A stretch of DNA of 64,000 bases, from the NCBI RefSeq assembly GCF_022045235.1, contig NW_027266286.1, positions 1,319,856 to 1,383,855 of the forward strand. The letters run 5' to 3'. The DNA is from Haliotis cracherodii (Eukaryota). The position numbers and the translations under genes were made by a program. Below are positions 24,994-38,228 of the stretch, one piece after another; position 1 is the first letter of the stretch; each line of letters opens with the position of its first letter. The notes below the pieces were generated by a model. That model was not told the DNA's origin and made no database searches. It saw nothing but the letters and a program-made list of their open reading frames with translations.

Positions 24994-25454
24994 GCTAGGA
25001 GTGAGTACAGCCTTCAGACATAGCTGTTCTGCAACTCCACAACGACCCAAAATCTGGACTTCCAAATGCACAACAATCAAGGCAGCACTATGATACTGTT
25101 GTGGATATATCATACATCCTGTTATACGTCATGCCTCTACATCTACAGCCATGGCATATAATATCATGGTGTTCTGTGAGAGTTTTCTTTGGCTAAGGTC
25201 AAATTCCCAAAATTGAGCTGGTAAAGGAATGAAGCTGAACCATTTTCATTTTCAACGCCAAAAATCATAGGTCACGCCTACCAACGGACAGCTGTTTGCT
25301 GATTGGCTGACAATAGAGTGAGTGAGGCTTGTGTTACTGTGATTTCACTGGTCTCGTACTCTTGTCCACAGGTTTTGTGTTCATCACATGAACAGTCTGA
25401 GAAGCCATTATTGTTGACATATTTATTTATAAGAACTGACTTATGGAGTTTCTG

Positions 25455-25705
25455 TTTATTTGTTTGTTGTTTCGCCGCACTCAGCAATATGACATTGATC
25501 AGTAAATAATCGTTCTAGACCAGACAATCCAGTGATTTATATCATGAGAATCGATCTACACAACTGAGATATGATGACATGCATCAACCAAGTCAGCGAG
25601 CCTGACCACCAGATCCAATTAGTCGCCTCTTACGACAAGCATAGTCACCTGTTACAGCAAACATGGGTTGCTGAAGACCTATTCTAACCCGGATCTTCAC
25701 AGGTC
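25455..25705 (-). mobile_element. SINE family A copy, full length
   Basis: Consensus match including 5' end ..gggttgctgaagacctattctaacccggatcttcacaggtc. Confidence 0.7.
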
Positions 25706-25786
25706 CATGGCTTTTCTGTAGGTTTTTTTACACTTTTACCTACACAAACAAAAAGACAACATTAAATAGACAAGTGGAGGACTCAC

Positions 25787-25859
25787 CAGCACCACGGCGC
25801 CCACACACAGCACCAGCCTCTGTCCATCTTCCGACCACGTTCCGCAGGTGATCTTACCA
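25787..25859 (-). CDS. Exon E3 (S-GKITCGTWSEDGQRLVLCVGAVVL)
   Basis: Acceptor gtttcag|, donor |GTGAGT; WD-repeat-like TWSEDGQRLV; phase continuous. Confidence 0.6.
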
Positions 25860-27819
25860 CTGAAACACAGACAGAGAGCCCACAATATCAGCTGCTTCAC
25901 AGAACAGTGATTTTGACACAAAAAGCTGTATACAGTATACAAAACAACATTGCAAAAATAAGACATCATTACAGCATATATCCCGGGTAATGGGTTTTCG
26001 GACACTGAAGAAACAGTCATAGTATTCTCGCTGATCACATGAACAACTGTAAAACTTCTCATTCACTTATTCATAAAAGACAACTTTATCTTAGAATAAA
26101 GACATCATCTGAGTATTTACAATTTATGTGTGACACCTCTTGTTATAGTGCAAGTATTCGTGATAGAAAACGCATTATGTCCAAAAACCTATGATCCGAC
26201 GATAATACTTAATAGTATTGTATCATGAACAATAATAATAAAGGCTCTGATCGAAAGCAGGACAATCCGCGACGGCTGTCTGGAAACACGATATTTTCGG
26301 AGTATTTTTTATATTTTTACGAAGAAGATGACTCTTTCAGAGAACCGCTGTTTTCAAAAATGCAAATTTCAGCATTTTTGCAGAGATTTCACATTGCTAG
26401 ATCTAATTATTTACGTATTGAACAAATTGACCAGTCACCGTAGGGACTGCGCTACATGTATTTCGATTGCGAAAATGTAATGTTGACATTTAATAGTCAA
26501 ATTGCCTCAAATATGACTTTAAATGAGTCAAGGTATGGCATTTATGATATGTGTCCATTCTCTTGCAACTAAAGTTAGTTTCAAGGCGTCAATAGCGGTA
26601 ATCTGACCGTGGTTGCTGTAAATAATGGTGAGTTGTGCGATCTACCGATCACTTCGCATACATTTCACCAAAATTATTATGATTATTGAATGAAATTTTT
26701 AATAAAATTCAAACATAAGTCCAGATAAACAATGAACACCTTTTTATAACCAGATATTATAATAGGATTAAATTGCATACTTCAGTTCAGATTAGTTGAC
26801 TGGTATTTCCGGTGTTACATGATTGCGTTGATCAGCTAATAATGTTTTTTGAGATGGGGAAAAACATTGTGTCATTGGAAAACTTAAGTTTATTAAAAAC
26901 GTAAGTAAATTTTGGGAGCCATGCTTCACCGCCTGCTATAACCGAATTAGGGCTATTATTGAAGAACACCCACTGTATCTGATGCTGAAAGCTCTGATTG
27001 AAAACAGGACAATATGTGTACTGTACATCCTCTCGATGGGCACTAAACTTTATGAGAGCATTAAAATCGATGGTGCCAAATCAATACCTTAAGTGGAATA
27101 ATCCTTACTATTTACTATTTAATCATGAAATTATGACGCATGTGACGCCTTGCTTAGCATTTCTATCGGTCAAAAGTATGACAACTTAAACAAACCATCG
27201 GTCAAATAGAAAGTTAATCTGTCTATGACCGGTAACCGAAACCCTGCAGAACAACCATCCCTTGCCATTGTACAAGCTCCCAGGAATCACACCATGACAT
27301 GTGACAAGTTATTTACAACTGATTAGTGATTAGAAATTTGGCTAAATTTCAAAGCAATTCTATATGATAATTGAAAATAAACATCCACAGTAGTGACAGG
27401 TTTCTATCTATAATGCAGAAATTCTGTCATCTATTTCCTCTAGAAAACTTAAGAGGAATTTAATTGAGGAAATAAAATAATATTCTCCAACTTATCAGAT
27501 CGTGCTATTTCTGTTTGAATAGCTGATGCATTAGTCAGACTACAAAAATTTATTACCATGACGACCTTGAATATTTAAAGGTCAAGATAAATATTTACTT
27601 AATCACCATGCTATGCGGAAATTGGTTCTGAAATGAATTCTAAATGTTCCTGTTATCCGACAAATCATTTCATTATGAGATTTAATTGCTGAAAGCTGTC
27701 AGAGGATCAGACTTAATCACACAGTCATCCAGGTGCAGGGGGAGGAAATGAAACTATTGGCGGCCATGCTGGTTCATGCACGGGTTCACACACGCTGCCG
27801 AGTGCATTGATGCCGCTGA

Positions 27820-27972
27820 ACGTTGGACTTTACGCCATTTTGAGCATCGTTTTAGCAACATCATTGCAGGTGACACCAGAAGTGGGCTTCACAGATAGCA
27901 CCCATGTAGGGAAGTGAACACAGACATTTGATGTGACGAGCAAATGCTTTACCCACTAGGCTACCTCACCAA
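27820..27972 (-). mobile_element. SINE family C-like copy
   Basis: Partial consensus match. Confidence 0.45.
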
Positions 27973-28139
27973 CACAATTGTAACACAACACGTGATTCAT
28001 GAAACAACAATCATTATTTGGCCACTATTACCAATACACTGTATAATTCAGACATGAGACAATGTCTTGTTAACTGAAATAATATGGACAAGAGCAAAGC
28101 TAATGAGGGTCACTTCAAGATTGTGTTGTGTACTTCATG

Positions 28140-28577
28140 GGAGGGGTGAGTTTGAATGGGAGGGTCAGTTTGAGGGGAGGGGTCAGAGTGAAGGGAGGTA
28201 AGTTTGAGGGGAGGGGTCAGACTGAAGGGTGGTCAGACTGATGGTAGGGGTCAGTTGGAGGGGGGGTCAGATTGAGGGGAATGGGTCAGAAAGAGGGGAG
28301 GTTCAGTTTGAAGAAAGGGGTTAGACTGATGGGAGGGGTCAGATTGAGTGGAGGGGTCAGATTGAGGGGAAGGGTCAGACTGAGGGGAGGGGTCAGACTG
28401 ATGGGAGGGGTCAGACTGATGGGAGGGGTCAGACTGATGGAAGGGGTCAGATTGAGTGAAGGGTCAGACTGATGGGAGGGGTCAGATTGAGGGGAGGGGT
28501 CAGACTGATGGGAGGGGTCAGATTGAGTGAAGGGTCAGACTGATGGGAGGGGTCAGACTGATGGAAGGGGGCAGATT
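28140..28577. repeat. 21-22-bp G-rich minisatellite (gaggggaggggtcagactgat), about 20 copies; continues at 28869-28900 after the SINE insertion
   Basis: Direct read. Confidence 0.8.
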
Positions 28578-28868
28578 GAGTGAGTGAGTGAGTGAGTGAG
28601 TTGCATTTCACGCCGCTTTTAACAGTATTCCAGTTATATCACAACGTGTCAGCTTAATGTGGGTGGAAAGCCCGAAGTGATGCAGGTCTCAGACGTTTAC
28701 CACCTCGGTGAAATCCACGAGCACGGGTATGGTGCTGACAAACCTAGAAACATAATCGTGGCGAACCGGGATTCGAACCCACAATCATAGGTTTCTGGCA
28801 TGCCCAAGGGACGCAACTCTGCACAGCGAATCGCGGCGCCTTAGACGACTGGGCCACCAGTTTCCCCG
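28578..28868 (-). mobile_element. SINE family B copy inserted into a 21-22-bp minisatellite, flanked by cagattgag(tg) direct repeats
   Basis: Consensus match; the satellite resumes after the insertion. Confidence 0.7.
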
Positions 28869-28910
28869 TCAGATTGAGTGGAGGGGTCAGATCGTGGCTA
28901 ATGAACTAAC

Positions 28911-29028
28911 CTTTCGAGCTGAGGGAAGGCATAGCTGCTCTTGTTGTGAAGATGTCGGAAGTAGAAGCTGCACTGTTGTTGACTCAGCAGACACAAGATG
29001 TCCTCCTTCTTGGGGTGCCACAGACAGC
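28911..29028 (-). CDS. Exon E2 (G-CLWHPKKEDILCLLSQQQCSFYFRHLHNKSSYAFPQLE)
   Basis: Acceptor tgtgttgtggcag|, donor |GTTAGT; the only stop-free frame is phase-compatible with E1 and E3; lies between a SINE-B and a 23-bp satellite. Confidence 0.5.
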
Positions 29029-29051
29029 CTGCCACAACACACAGAACACAT

Positions 29052-30592
29052 GTGACGGTCTAAGTAACTGTTACGTGGCATTCTATGTAAGAGTCACATG
29101 ATGGCCTAAGTAACAGTCATATTACAGTCGAAGTAACACAGTTATGTGATGGTCTAAGTAACACATTCATGTGATGGTCTAAGTGACAGTCATGTGATGG
29201 TCTAAGTAACAGGTATGTGATGGTCTAAGTAACAGTGATGTGACGGTCTAAGTTACAGTCACATGATGGTCTAAGTAACAGTCACTTGATGGTCTAAGTA
29301 ACAGTCACTTGATGGTCTAAGTAACATTCATGTGATGGTCTAAGTAACAGTCATGTGATGGTCTAAGTAACAGTCATGTGATGGTCTAAGTAACAGTCAT
29401 GTGATGGTCTAAATAACAGCTATGTGATGGTCTAAGTAACACATTCATGTGATGGTCTAAGTGACAGTCATGTGATGGTCTAAGTAACAGGTATGTGATG
29501 GCCTAAGTAACACAGTGATGTGAAGGTCTAAGTTACAGTCACATGATGGTCTAAGTAACAGTCACTTGATGGTCTAAGTAACAGTCACTTGATGGTCTGA
29601 ATAACATTCATGTGATGGTCTAAGCTAAGTAAAACAGTTATGATACGGTCTAAGTAACAGTTATGTGATTGTCTAAGGAACAGTCATGTGATGGTCTAAA
29701 TAACAGCTATGTGATGGTCTAAGTAACAGTCATGTGATGGTCTAAATAACAGCTATGTGATGGTCTAAGTAACAGTCATGTGATGGTCTAAGTAACAGTC
29801 ATGTGATGGTCTAAGTAACAGTCATGTGACAGTCTAAGTAAAACAGTTATGATACGGTCTAAGTAACAGTTATGTGATGGTCTAAGTAACAGTCACATGA
29901 TGGTCTAAGTAACAGTCATGTGATGGTCTAAGTAACAGTCATTTGATGGTCTAAGTATCACAGTTATGTGACGGTCCAAGTAACAGTCATGTCATGTGAT
30001 GGTCTAAGTAACAGCTATGTAATGGTCTAAGGAACAGTCATGTGATGTGATGGTCTAAGTAACAGTCATTCGATGGTCTAAGTATCACAGTTATGTGACG
30101 GTCCAAGTAACAGTCATGTCATGTTATGGTCTAAGTAACAGTCATGTGATGGTCTAAGTAGCACATTGATGTGATGGTCTAAATGACAGTCACATGATGG
30201 TCTAAGTAACAGTCATGTGATGGTCTAAGTAACACAGTAATGTGGTGTTCTAAGTAACAGTCACATGATGGTCTAAGTAAGTCATGTGACAGTCTAAGTA
30301 ACAGGCATGTGATGTGACGGTCTAAGTAACACATTCATGTGATGGTCTAAGTTACACAGTGATGTGACGGTCTAAGTTATACAGTCATGTGACGATCTAA
30401 GTAACAGTCATGTGATGGTCGAAGTAACAGTCATGTGATAGTCTAAGTCACAGTCATGTGACGGTCTAAGTGACAGTCATGTGACGGTCTAAGTGACAGT
30501 CATGTGACAGTCTAAGTGACATCATGTGACGGTCCAAGTGACAGTCCTGGACGGTCTAAGTAACACATTCATGTGATGGTCTACGTAACACA
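29052..30592. repeat. 23-bp minisatellite (gtgatggtctaagtaacagtcat), about 65 copies
   Basis: Direct read. Confidence 0.9.
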
Positions 30593-30890
30593 GCCATATC
30601 AGGGTATAGCCCTGTTGGGATTCTAGGTTAGAATTGGTCACATGCATGTTGAAAATGCATTTGGTGGTCCAACTCTGTTGACTGTATGTCACCGTAACCC
30701 AACGTTGCAAATATCATCAATCACATGTTTGTCTGGACTCTACAATCCATGATCACATGAGTGGAATATTGCAGTGACAACAAGAAACAAACAAACAAAT
30801 CTCGGTGTAAGCATCGCAGTCTTGCCCCAGTGTTGGCATCCGAGTCTGGACCAGACAAACCACTGATGACAGCAGGAGCACAAGAGCCCA

Positions 30891-31345
30891 ACTTACCAAG
30901 GCAAGGGAGTTAACTGACTATAAAAGTCCAGTTTCCACCCTTGCTGAACTAGGCTGGAATTTCTGAGTCATATTTTGGCTGGACTAACGAGTTTATGCAT
31001 AGTCAAATCAAAATTTGTGTAAACAACACAGTGACTGACGTGCAGATTTCTGTTGGTTGCAAGATGGCAAAGCATGTGTACAGTCAACTGGGCGTCAAGA
31101 TCTTTTCATGTTTTAATCAACATACTCAAGTGATTTGATGAACTTCAGGAGGTTAGACCTGTTATAGTACAACATAGATCTTGATTATCGCTCCGATCAT
31201 CTTGACTGGGCGCCGCCATTTTGTTTGGAGCAAATGCAAGTGATATGAGAGGTGGAATCTGATTGGTCAATAGGAGGGACATAGAAGGGAAGTAACTCAT
31301 AATAGCCACTGGTGGCGCTACAATGGAGACACAAAATTTCAGCCA
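30891..31345. mobile_element. MITE family 2 copy, right end degraded, no satellite expansion
   Basis: About 85% identity to 54250-54640; single ggagggacatagaagggaag where copy 2 has the array. Confidence 0.55.
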
Positions 31346-31383
31346 AGTCTTAATAATCTTCAACAATCCCTAGACAAACTTAC

Positions 31384-31544
31384 CTTGGGGAATGGGTTGC
31401 ACATTAAGTTTGCGGACTTGCTTGAATCCTAGTTTTGGAGCCAACCCTGTGACTTTCCACACTGTGACATTCTGCCGGTGGATGGCACACAGGAAGCAGG
31501 TGTCGCCGTCCACGTCCCCGCTCCAGTGAAGGCTCCTCACGTTG
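31384..31544 (-). CDS. Exon E1 of minus-strand WD40-repeat gene (..NVRSLHWSGDVDGDTCFLCAIHRQNVTVWKVTGLAPKLGFKQVRKLNVQPIPQ)
   Basis: Acceptor tgtgtgtttgcag| and donor |GTAAGT read on the minus strand; open frame with a WD-repeat-like motif (..W.SGDVDGDT..VTVWKV); the end phase matches the next exon. Confidence 0.6.
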
Positions 31545-32027
31545 CTGCAAACACACAAAAATAGGGACATGTAAAATAGGGACACTGGTAAGTGGGTATA
31601 CGTGCTACAAGACAGGTGTGATGAAAACGCTGAGAACCAACATCTTCAGTTCATAAATAATCAGGTCTGGGTATGGCTGGGCTACCAAGGAGAGACGGCA
31701 TCAGCAACGATCCTAGCCTTTAGGACATCAGTCGAGTCATCCTACATTGTGCCTACACAATCCTCACTTTAGTTGGCTGAGATTCGAGTGTGTAGCCACA
31801 TCAGTCATTCTTTCCTAATAAATGACATTCGATCAACACGTTCATTTGAGCAAGTGACCTTTTTTGAAATGTGCCTCTGTTCATACAGCAGTGAATGGGT
31901 ACCCGGTAGGATGAGATGGCAAAGTGGTGGTAACCTTCAAATGCCTAACAGGCAGCTTGGGTTGTATACTCCCCAGGGAGCTGCGAATTATTGTTGAGTG
32001 CATGGAGTACAGCAAATATAAATGGAC

Positions 32028-32393
32028 TACCGTATTCAATGTAATAAACGCTCAGGGTGCTCTCAAAATTAGAAATAGGGGGCTCTTATTAGAACATAAT
32101 TTTGGTGAGATAAAAAACTTTGTGGTTTATGCTGACAGCCTGAAATGATATAAAAGAAGAATCTGTGCGTATTATATACGATAGATATATTTTCGAGAAT
32201 TTAATTGCCCATAATTAAGGGTGCATATAACACATGAGTGCGTATTATACACGAATAAATAAGTCTTGTGTACATTGATCAGTTGGAAGGGGTACTAATT
32301 GGGATTGTTCACTAGCCAATATACATGATATATTAGCAAATATCGCCGTAGGTGCTTATTAGAGCGGGGCGCTTATTACGTTGAATACGGTAT
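32028..32393 (+). mobile_element. MITE family 3 copy (TIR CCGTATTCAATGTAATAAACGC), TA-flanked
   Basis: Terminal inverted repeats; TA on both flanks. Confidence 0.65.
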
Positions 32394-32552
32394 TATTGTT
32401 CATTATTATAACTGATTAACAATTTCAGTTGACAGTTTGAGGTAGCCTAACAGACAGGGTGTTCACTTGTCACACAACTACTCGTGGTTTGATTCCTGTC
32501 ACTGGCACAATGAGTCCCCCAGCTGTCATAAGATTATCATCCCTGACCCAAT

Positions 32553-35282
32553 ACAACACAATACTTGTGTGTAGAAACAGCCATGTCCTGATCACACAGT
32601 GTGAGCAGTATACCCAGGACAACGTCTGTAACACAATACTTGTGTAGAAACAGCCATGTCCTGATCACACAGTGTGAGCAGTAAACACAGGACAACGCCT
32701 GTAACACAATACTTGTGTAGAAACAGCCATGTCCTGATCACACAGTGTGAGCAGTAAACACAGGACAACGTCTGTAACACGATACTTGTGTGTAGAAACA
32801 GCCATGTCCTGATCACACAGTGTGAGCAGTATACACAGGACAACGCCTGTAACACAATACTTGTGTGTAGAAACAGCCATGTCCTGATCACACAGTGTGA
32901 GCAGTAAACACAGGACAACGCCTGTAACACAATATTTGTGTAGAAACAGCCATGTCCTGATCACACAGTGTGAGCAGTAAACACAGGACAACGCCTGTAA
33001 CACAATATTTGTGTAGAAACAGCCATGTCCTGATCACACAGTGTGAGCAGTATACACAGGACAACGCCTGTAACACAATACTTGTGTGTAGAAACAGCCA
33101 TGTCCTGATCACACAGTGTGAGCAGTAAACACAGGACAACGCCTGTAACACAATATTTGTGTAGAAACAGCCATGTCCTGATCACACAGTGTGAGCAGTA
33201 AACACAGGACAACGCCTGTAACACAATATTTGTGTAGAAACAGCCATGTCCTGATCACACAGTGTGAGCAGTAAACACAGGACAACGCCTGTAACACAAT
33301 ACTTGTGTAGAAACAGCCATGTCCTGATCACACAGTGTGAGCAGTATACACAGGACAACGCCTGTAACACAATACTTGTGTAGAAACAGCCATGTCCTGA
33401 TCACACAGTGTGAGCAGTAAACACAGGACAACGCCTGTAACACAATACTTGTGTAGAAACAGCCATGTCCTGATCACACAGTGTGAGCAGTAAACACAGG
33501 ACAACGCCTGTAACACAATACTTGTGTAGAAACAGCCATGTCCTGATCACACAGTGTGAGCAGTAAACACAGGACAACGTCTGTAACACAATACTTGTGT
33601 AGAAACAGCCATGTCCTGATCACACAGTGTGAGCAGTAAACACAGGACAACGCCTGTAACACAATACTTGTGTAGAAACAGCCATGTCCTGATCACACAG
33701 TGTGAGCCGTAAACACAGGACAACGCCTGTAACACAATACTTGTGTAGAAACAGCCATGTCCTGATCACACAGTGTGAGCAGTAAACACAGGACAACGCC
33801 TGTAACACAATACTTGTGTAGAAACAGCCATGTCCTGATCACACAGTGTGAGCAGTAAACACAGGACAACGCCTGTAACACAATATTTGTGTAGAAACAG
33901 CCATGTCCTGATCACACAGTGTGAGCAGTAAACACAGGACAACGCCTGTAACACAATACTTGTGTAGAAACAGCCATGTCCTGATCACACAGTGTGAGCA
34001 GTAAACACAGGACAACGTCTGTAACACAATACTTGTGTAGAAACAGCCATGTCCTGATCACACAGTGTGAGCAGTAAACACAGGACAATGCCTGTAACAC
34101 GATACTTGTGTGTAGAAACAGCCATGTCCTGATCACACAGTGTGAGCAGTAAACACAGGACAACGCCTGTAACACAATACTTGTGTAGAAACAGCCATGT
34201 CCTGATCACACAGTGTGAGCAGTAAACACAGGACAACGCCTGTAACACAATACTTGTGTAGAAACAGCCATGTCCTGATCACACAGTGTGAGCAGTAAAC
34301 ACAGGACAACGTCTGTAACACAATACTTGTATGTAGAAACAGCCATGTCCTGATCACACAGTGTGAGCAGTAAACACAGGACAACGCCTGTAACACATTA
34401 CTTGTATGTAGAAACAGCCATGTCCTGATCACACAGTGTGAGCAGTAAACACAGGACAACGTCTGTAACACAATACTTGTATGTAGAAACAGCCATGTCC
34501 TGATCACACAGTGTGAGCAGTAAACACAGGACAACGCCTGTAACACGATACTTGTGTGTAGAAACAGCCATGTCCTGATCACAGTGTGAGCAGTAAACAC
34601 AGGACAACGCCTGTAACACAATACTTGTGTAGAAACAGCCATGTCCTGATCACAGTGTGAGCAGTAAACACAGGACAACGCCTGTAACACAATACTTGTG
34701 TAGAAACAGCCATGTCCTGATCACACAGTGTGAGCAGTAAACACAGGACAACGTCTGTAACACAATACTTGTATGTAGAAACAGCCATGTCCTGATCACA
34801 CAGTGTGAGCAGTAAACACAGGACAACGCCTGTAACACGATACTTGTGTGTAGAAACAGCCATGTCCTGATCACAGTGTGAGCAGTAAACACAGGACAAC
34901 GCCTGTAACACAATACTTGTGTAGAAACAGCCCTGTCCTGATCACAGTGTGAGCAGTAAACACAGGACAACGCCTGTAACACAATACTTGTGTAGAAACA
35001 GCCATGTCCTGATCACACAGTGTGAGCAGTAAACACAGGACAACGCCTGTAACACGATACTTGTGTGTAGAAACAGCCATGTCCTGATCACACAGTGTGA
35101 GCAGTAAACACAGGACAACGCCTGTAACACAATATTTGTGTAGAAACAGCCATGTCCTGATCACACAGTGTGAGCAGTAAACACAGGACAACGTCTGTAA
35201 CACAATACTTGTGTAGAAACAGCCATGTCCTGATCACAGTGTGAGCAGTATACCCAGGACAACGCCTGTAACACAATACTAC
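32553..35282. repeat. 73-bp satellite, about 37 copies (2.7 kb)
   Basis: acacagtgtgagcagtaaacacaggacaacgcctgtaacacaatacttgtgtagaaacagccatgtcctgatc; periodic 62-aa spurious ORFs. Confidence 0.9.
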
Positions 35283-35439
35283 CAGGAACACAACTGCTGC
35301 CATATGCTGCCGTAATTTAACCCTCACAGCGTACTGACAAATCAAGGTCTGTGTCTTTATGGTCTTTGACTGATAACTGGCAGCAATTATCAGTGTACAT
35401 GAAGAATTACCCCCACAAACTAACATGCGATTGGGTTTG

Positions 35440-35640
35440 TATCGTCATTCGTTGTTTAACACCAATATTCCAGATACACGACTATTGTCGACAAATTATC
35501 AAGTCTGGTCCAGACAATCCAGTGGCCCAGTGAGCATCAATCCATATATGCAATTGGGACACGATGACACACAATCAACCAGGTTCTCAAGCCTGACCAC
35601 ACAAACCATTTAGCCGTCTCTTATGTATTCTTACCCAGCA
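35440..35640 (-). mobile_element. SINE family A copy (diverged)
   Basis: Consensus match. Confidence 0.55.
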
Positions 35641-36555
35641 TCCCCATGGGTTGGGGTTGGGGGGTTGAGGGGTTGGGGGGTTGAGGGGTTTGGGTTGGGG
35701 TTGGGGTCGGGAGTTCAGGTTCTGTGATTAAGCTGACATTGTACGTGTCATTGAACCTGGTCATTATGGATCGTTGCTTATGCTATCAATCACTGGTTTA
35801 CCTGCTCCAACTAATTACAAGCAGATACAGTGTTTCCCTTCTCCGGTGTATATACTGGATATTAACCTGTTAAATATTTCTGGGATGGGTAAACTTTAGG
35901 TCTGACGGTCCCTGTGTCCGCCACAAATTTCCACTGAATAATGCACATCATATCCTGTGTATCGCTGCAAACATTAAATCACTTAAAAAGCTGGCGTTTC
36001 AATTTTCGGCAACATTCTGGCATTAAAATTCAAAAAGTATATGAACCTATTAAACCTATTCACAAAATATGAATGATTTTCAAATTATAATGTGCACATT
36101 ACTTTACTCTTCCCTCACATCATGATACAGGCACCAAAAGTCTGAATGACGACGGAATATTCTGACAGACGGATTAACTAAACGATGAGTTGATTTGTCA
36201 TGGTATCCAAATGTTTCTCATCAATTAAATTTCCATCACATGCTGAAATGATGACAGTTTATGAAGAACATCATCAGGAACAAAGAAAACCTGGACTCAA
36301 CCAGCAGCTTCACTGAGGCGGACTCGACTGTACTTTTAAGTGGTAATCCCAGACACAAGACTAGCTACAATCCCCATCTCAAGGTTTTCTTCAGTGGTCA
36401 ACGTGACCTGTAATCCTCTTTGTCAAAACCGGGGAGTGTCAACAAAAGTAAAAAGCATGCCAAGCACTACATCAGGTAACTTTGCAAACATTAATATGAT
36501 TTAAAAAAGGTCACTTTGACCTATTTGACATGCCCATAGAAAACAACTGACAGTC

Positions 36556-36808
36556 CGACCGACAGACAGACAGATAGGCAGACAGACAGACAGACAGACA
36601 GACATACATACAGACAGACAGACAGACAGACAGACAGATATGCAGACAGGCAGACAGATAGACGGACAGACAGATAGGCAGACAGACAGACAGATAGGCA
36701 GACAGACAGACAGATAGGCAGACAGACAGACAGATAGGCAGACAGACAGACAGACAGACAGACAGGCAGACAGACAGACAGATAGGCAGCCAGACAGGCA
36801 GACAGACC
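36556..36808. repeat. (CAGA)n / (CAGACAGG)n microsatellite
   Basis: Direct read. Confidence 0.9.
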
Positions 36809-37439
36809 AAACTGTGTTCTTTAGACCTCAGGCTCATAACACAAACAAGATGGAAAAAATAAATAAATTTACATGCTGAATAAATGGCGGGAGAACAACA
36901 CTAGATGTTATAGGGATAAATGTCTTGCTTGTAATCTTTAGTACGTGACAATTAAATCAAACATTTATAATATGGATATTGTTTGTTGACATCAGTCTTG
37001 CAAAGAAAACAGTTGAGATTGTGTACATCAAGCATTGATCAGGCTGAAGTGCTGACAGCTTAACACTTGCCAGCACACACACGGGGAGAAACAATGGCAA
37101 GGACAGTATATGACGGACACCTGGTGCTAATCTCAACATTTCAAATCCTGACATGGAGATGATCAAACACAAATACTGATGGATACATATTTCCATGTCT
37201 GAAACTACGCCTATTTTCCTGTCTGACGAGGAGGTCAGTGAAACTTTGTTCTTGCCTGCTGGTTGGCTAACAGGTTGTATTTTCCAACCATCACGTTATG
37301 ATTGATTTTTGATACATGATATGTCGGATATAAATTTCACAAAATGTTACAACTGCCTCACACAACACAGTGAACAAATACTGAAAGCTGGCGGCATTCG
37401 CTTGGTGGTTGTTGAAGCAGTGCAACAGGTGTAGAGAGG

Positions 37440-38150
37440 CTGGCCCAGTCAGACTGATTGCTTAGACTGTACCTAGTCTCCTGACTGCATCAGCTCCTGA
37501 GTATAACATATAGACTAAACCCAGTCTCCTCACTGGAGCATCAGCTATTGAGTATAATATATAGACTAAATCCAGTCTCCTGACTGCAGCATCAGCTATT
37601 GAGTATAATATATAGACTAAATCCAGTCTCCTGACTGCAGCATCAGATGTTGAGTATAACATATAGACTGTACCTAGTGTTTAGCATCAGCTCCTGAGTA
37701 TAAGAGATATAGACTGCATCCAGTCTCACAACTGAAACATCAGCTACTGGATACAACAGATATAGACTGTACCCAGTCTCTTGACTGAAGCATCAGCTAT
37801 TGAGTATAACAAATAAACTGGACCCAGACTCCCAATGGAGCCATCAGCTATAGAGTATAACACTAATAATAAACAAACCTGCAGTATGAGAGCTACAGGG
37901 GTCACATAGACTGTACCCAGTCTCCTGACTGCAGTATCAGCATAGAGTATAACATACAGACTGTACCCAGTCTCCTGACTGCAGCATCAGCTATTGAGTA
38001 CAACATTGTTAATGAACAAACCTGCAGTATGAGAGCAACAAGGGAGCACATAGACTGTACCCAGTCTCCTGACTGAAGCATCAGCTATTGAGTACAACAT
38101 TGCTAATGAACAAACCTGCAGTAAGAGCTAGGGTACAAAGGGTTAACTAT
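37440..38150. repeat. Complex minisatellite (~57-bp units, then ~120-bp units)
   Basis: tagactaaatccagtctcctgactgcagcatcagctattgagtataa variants. Confidence 0.7.
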
Positions 38151-38228
38151 GACAAGTACGACCTTGACCCACACTGGTATTAATTTCAAAGGGACAGGCA
38201 TCAGAAAAAGATGACAATGAAAAAGAAT

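Noticed and set aside
29052-35282. CRISPR-like regular direct repeats
   Set aside because: Units are head-to-tail with no unique spacers and lengths of 23 or 73 bp. There is no cas-like ORF and the context is eukaryotic. These are minisatellites or satellites.
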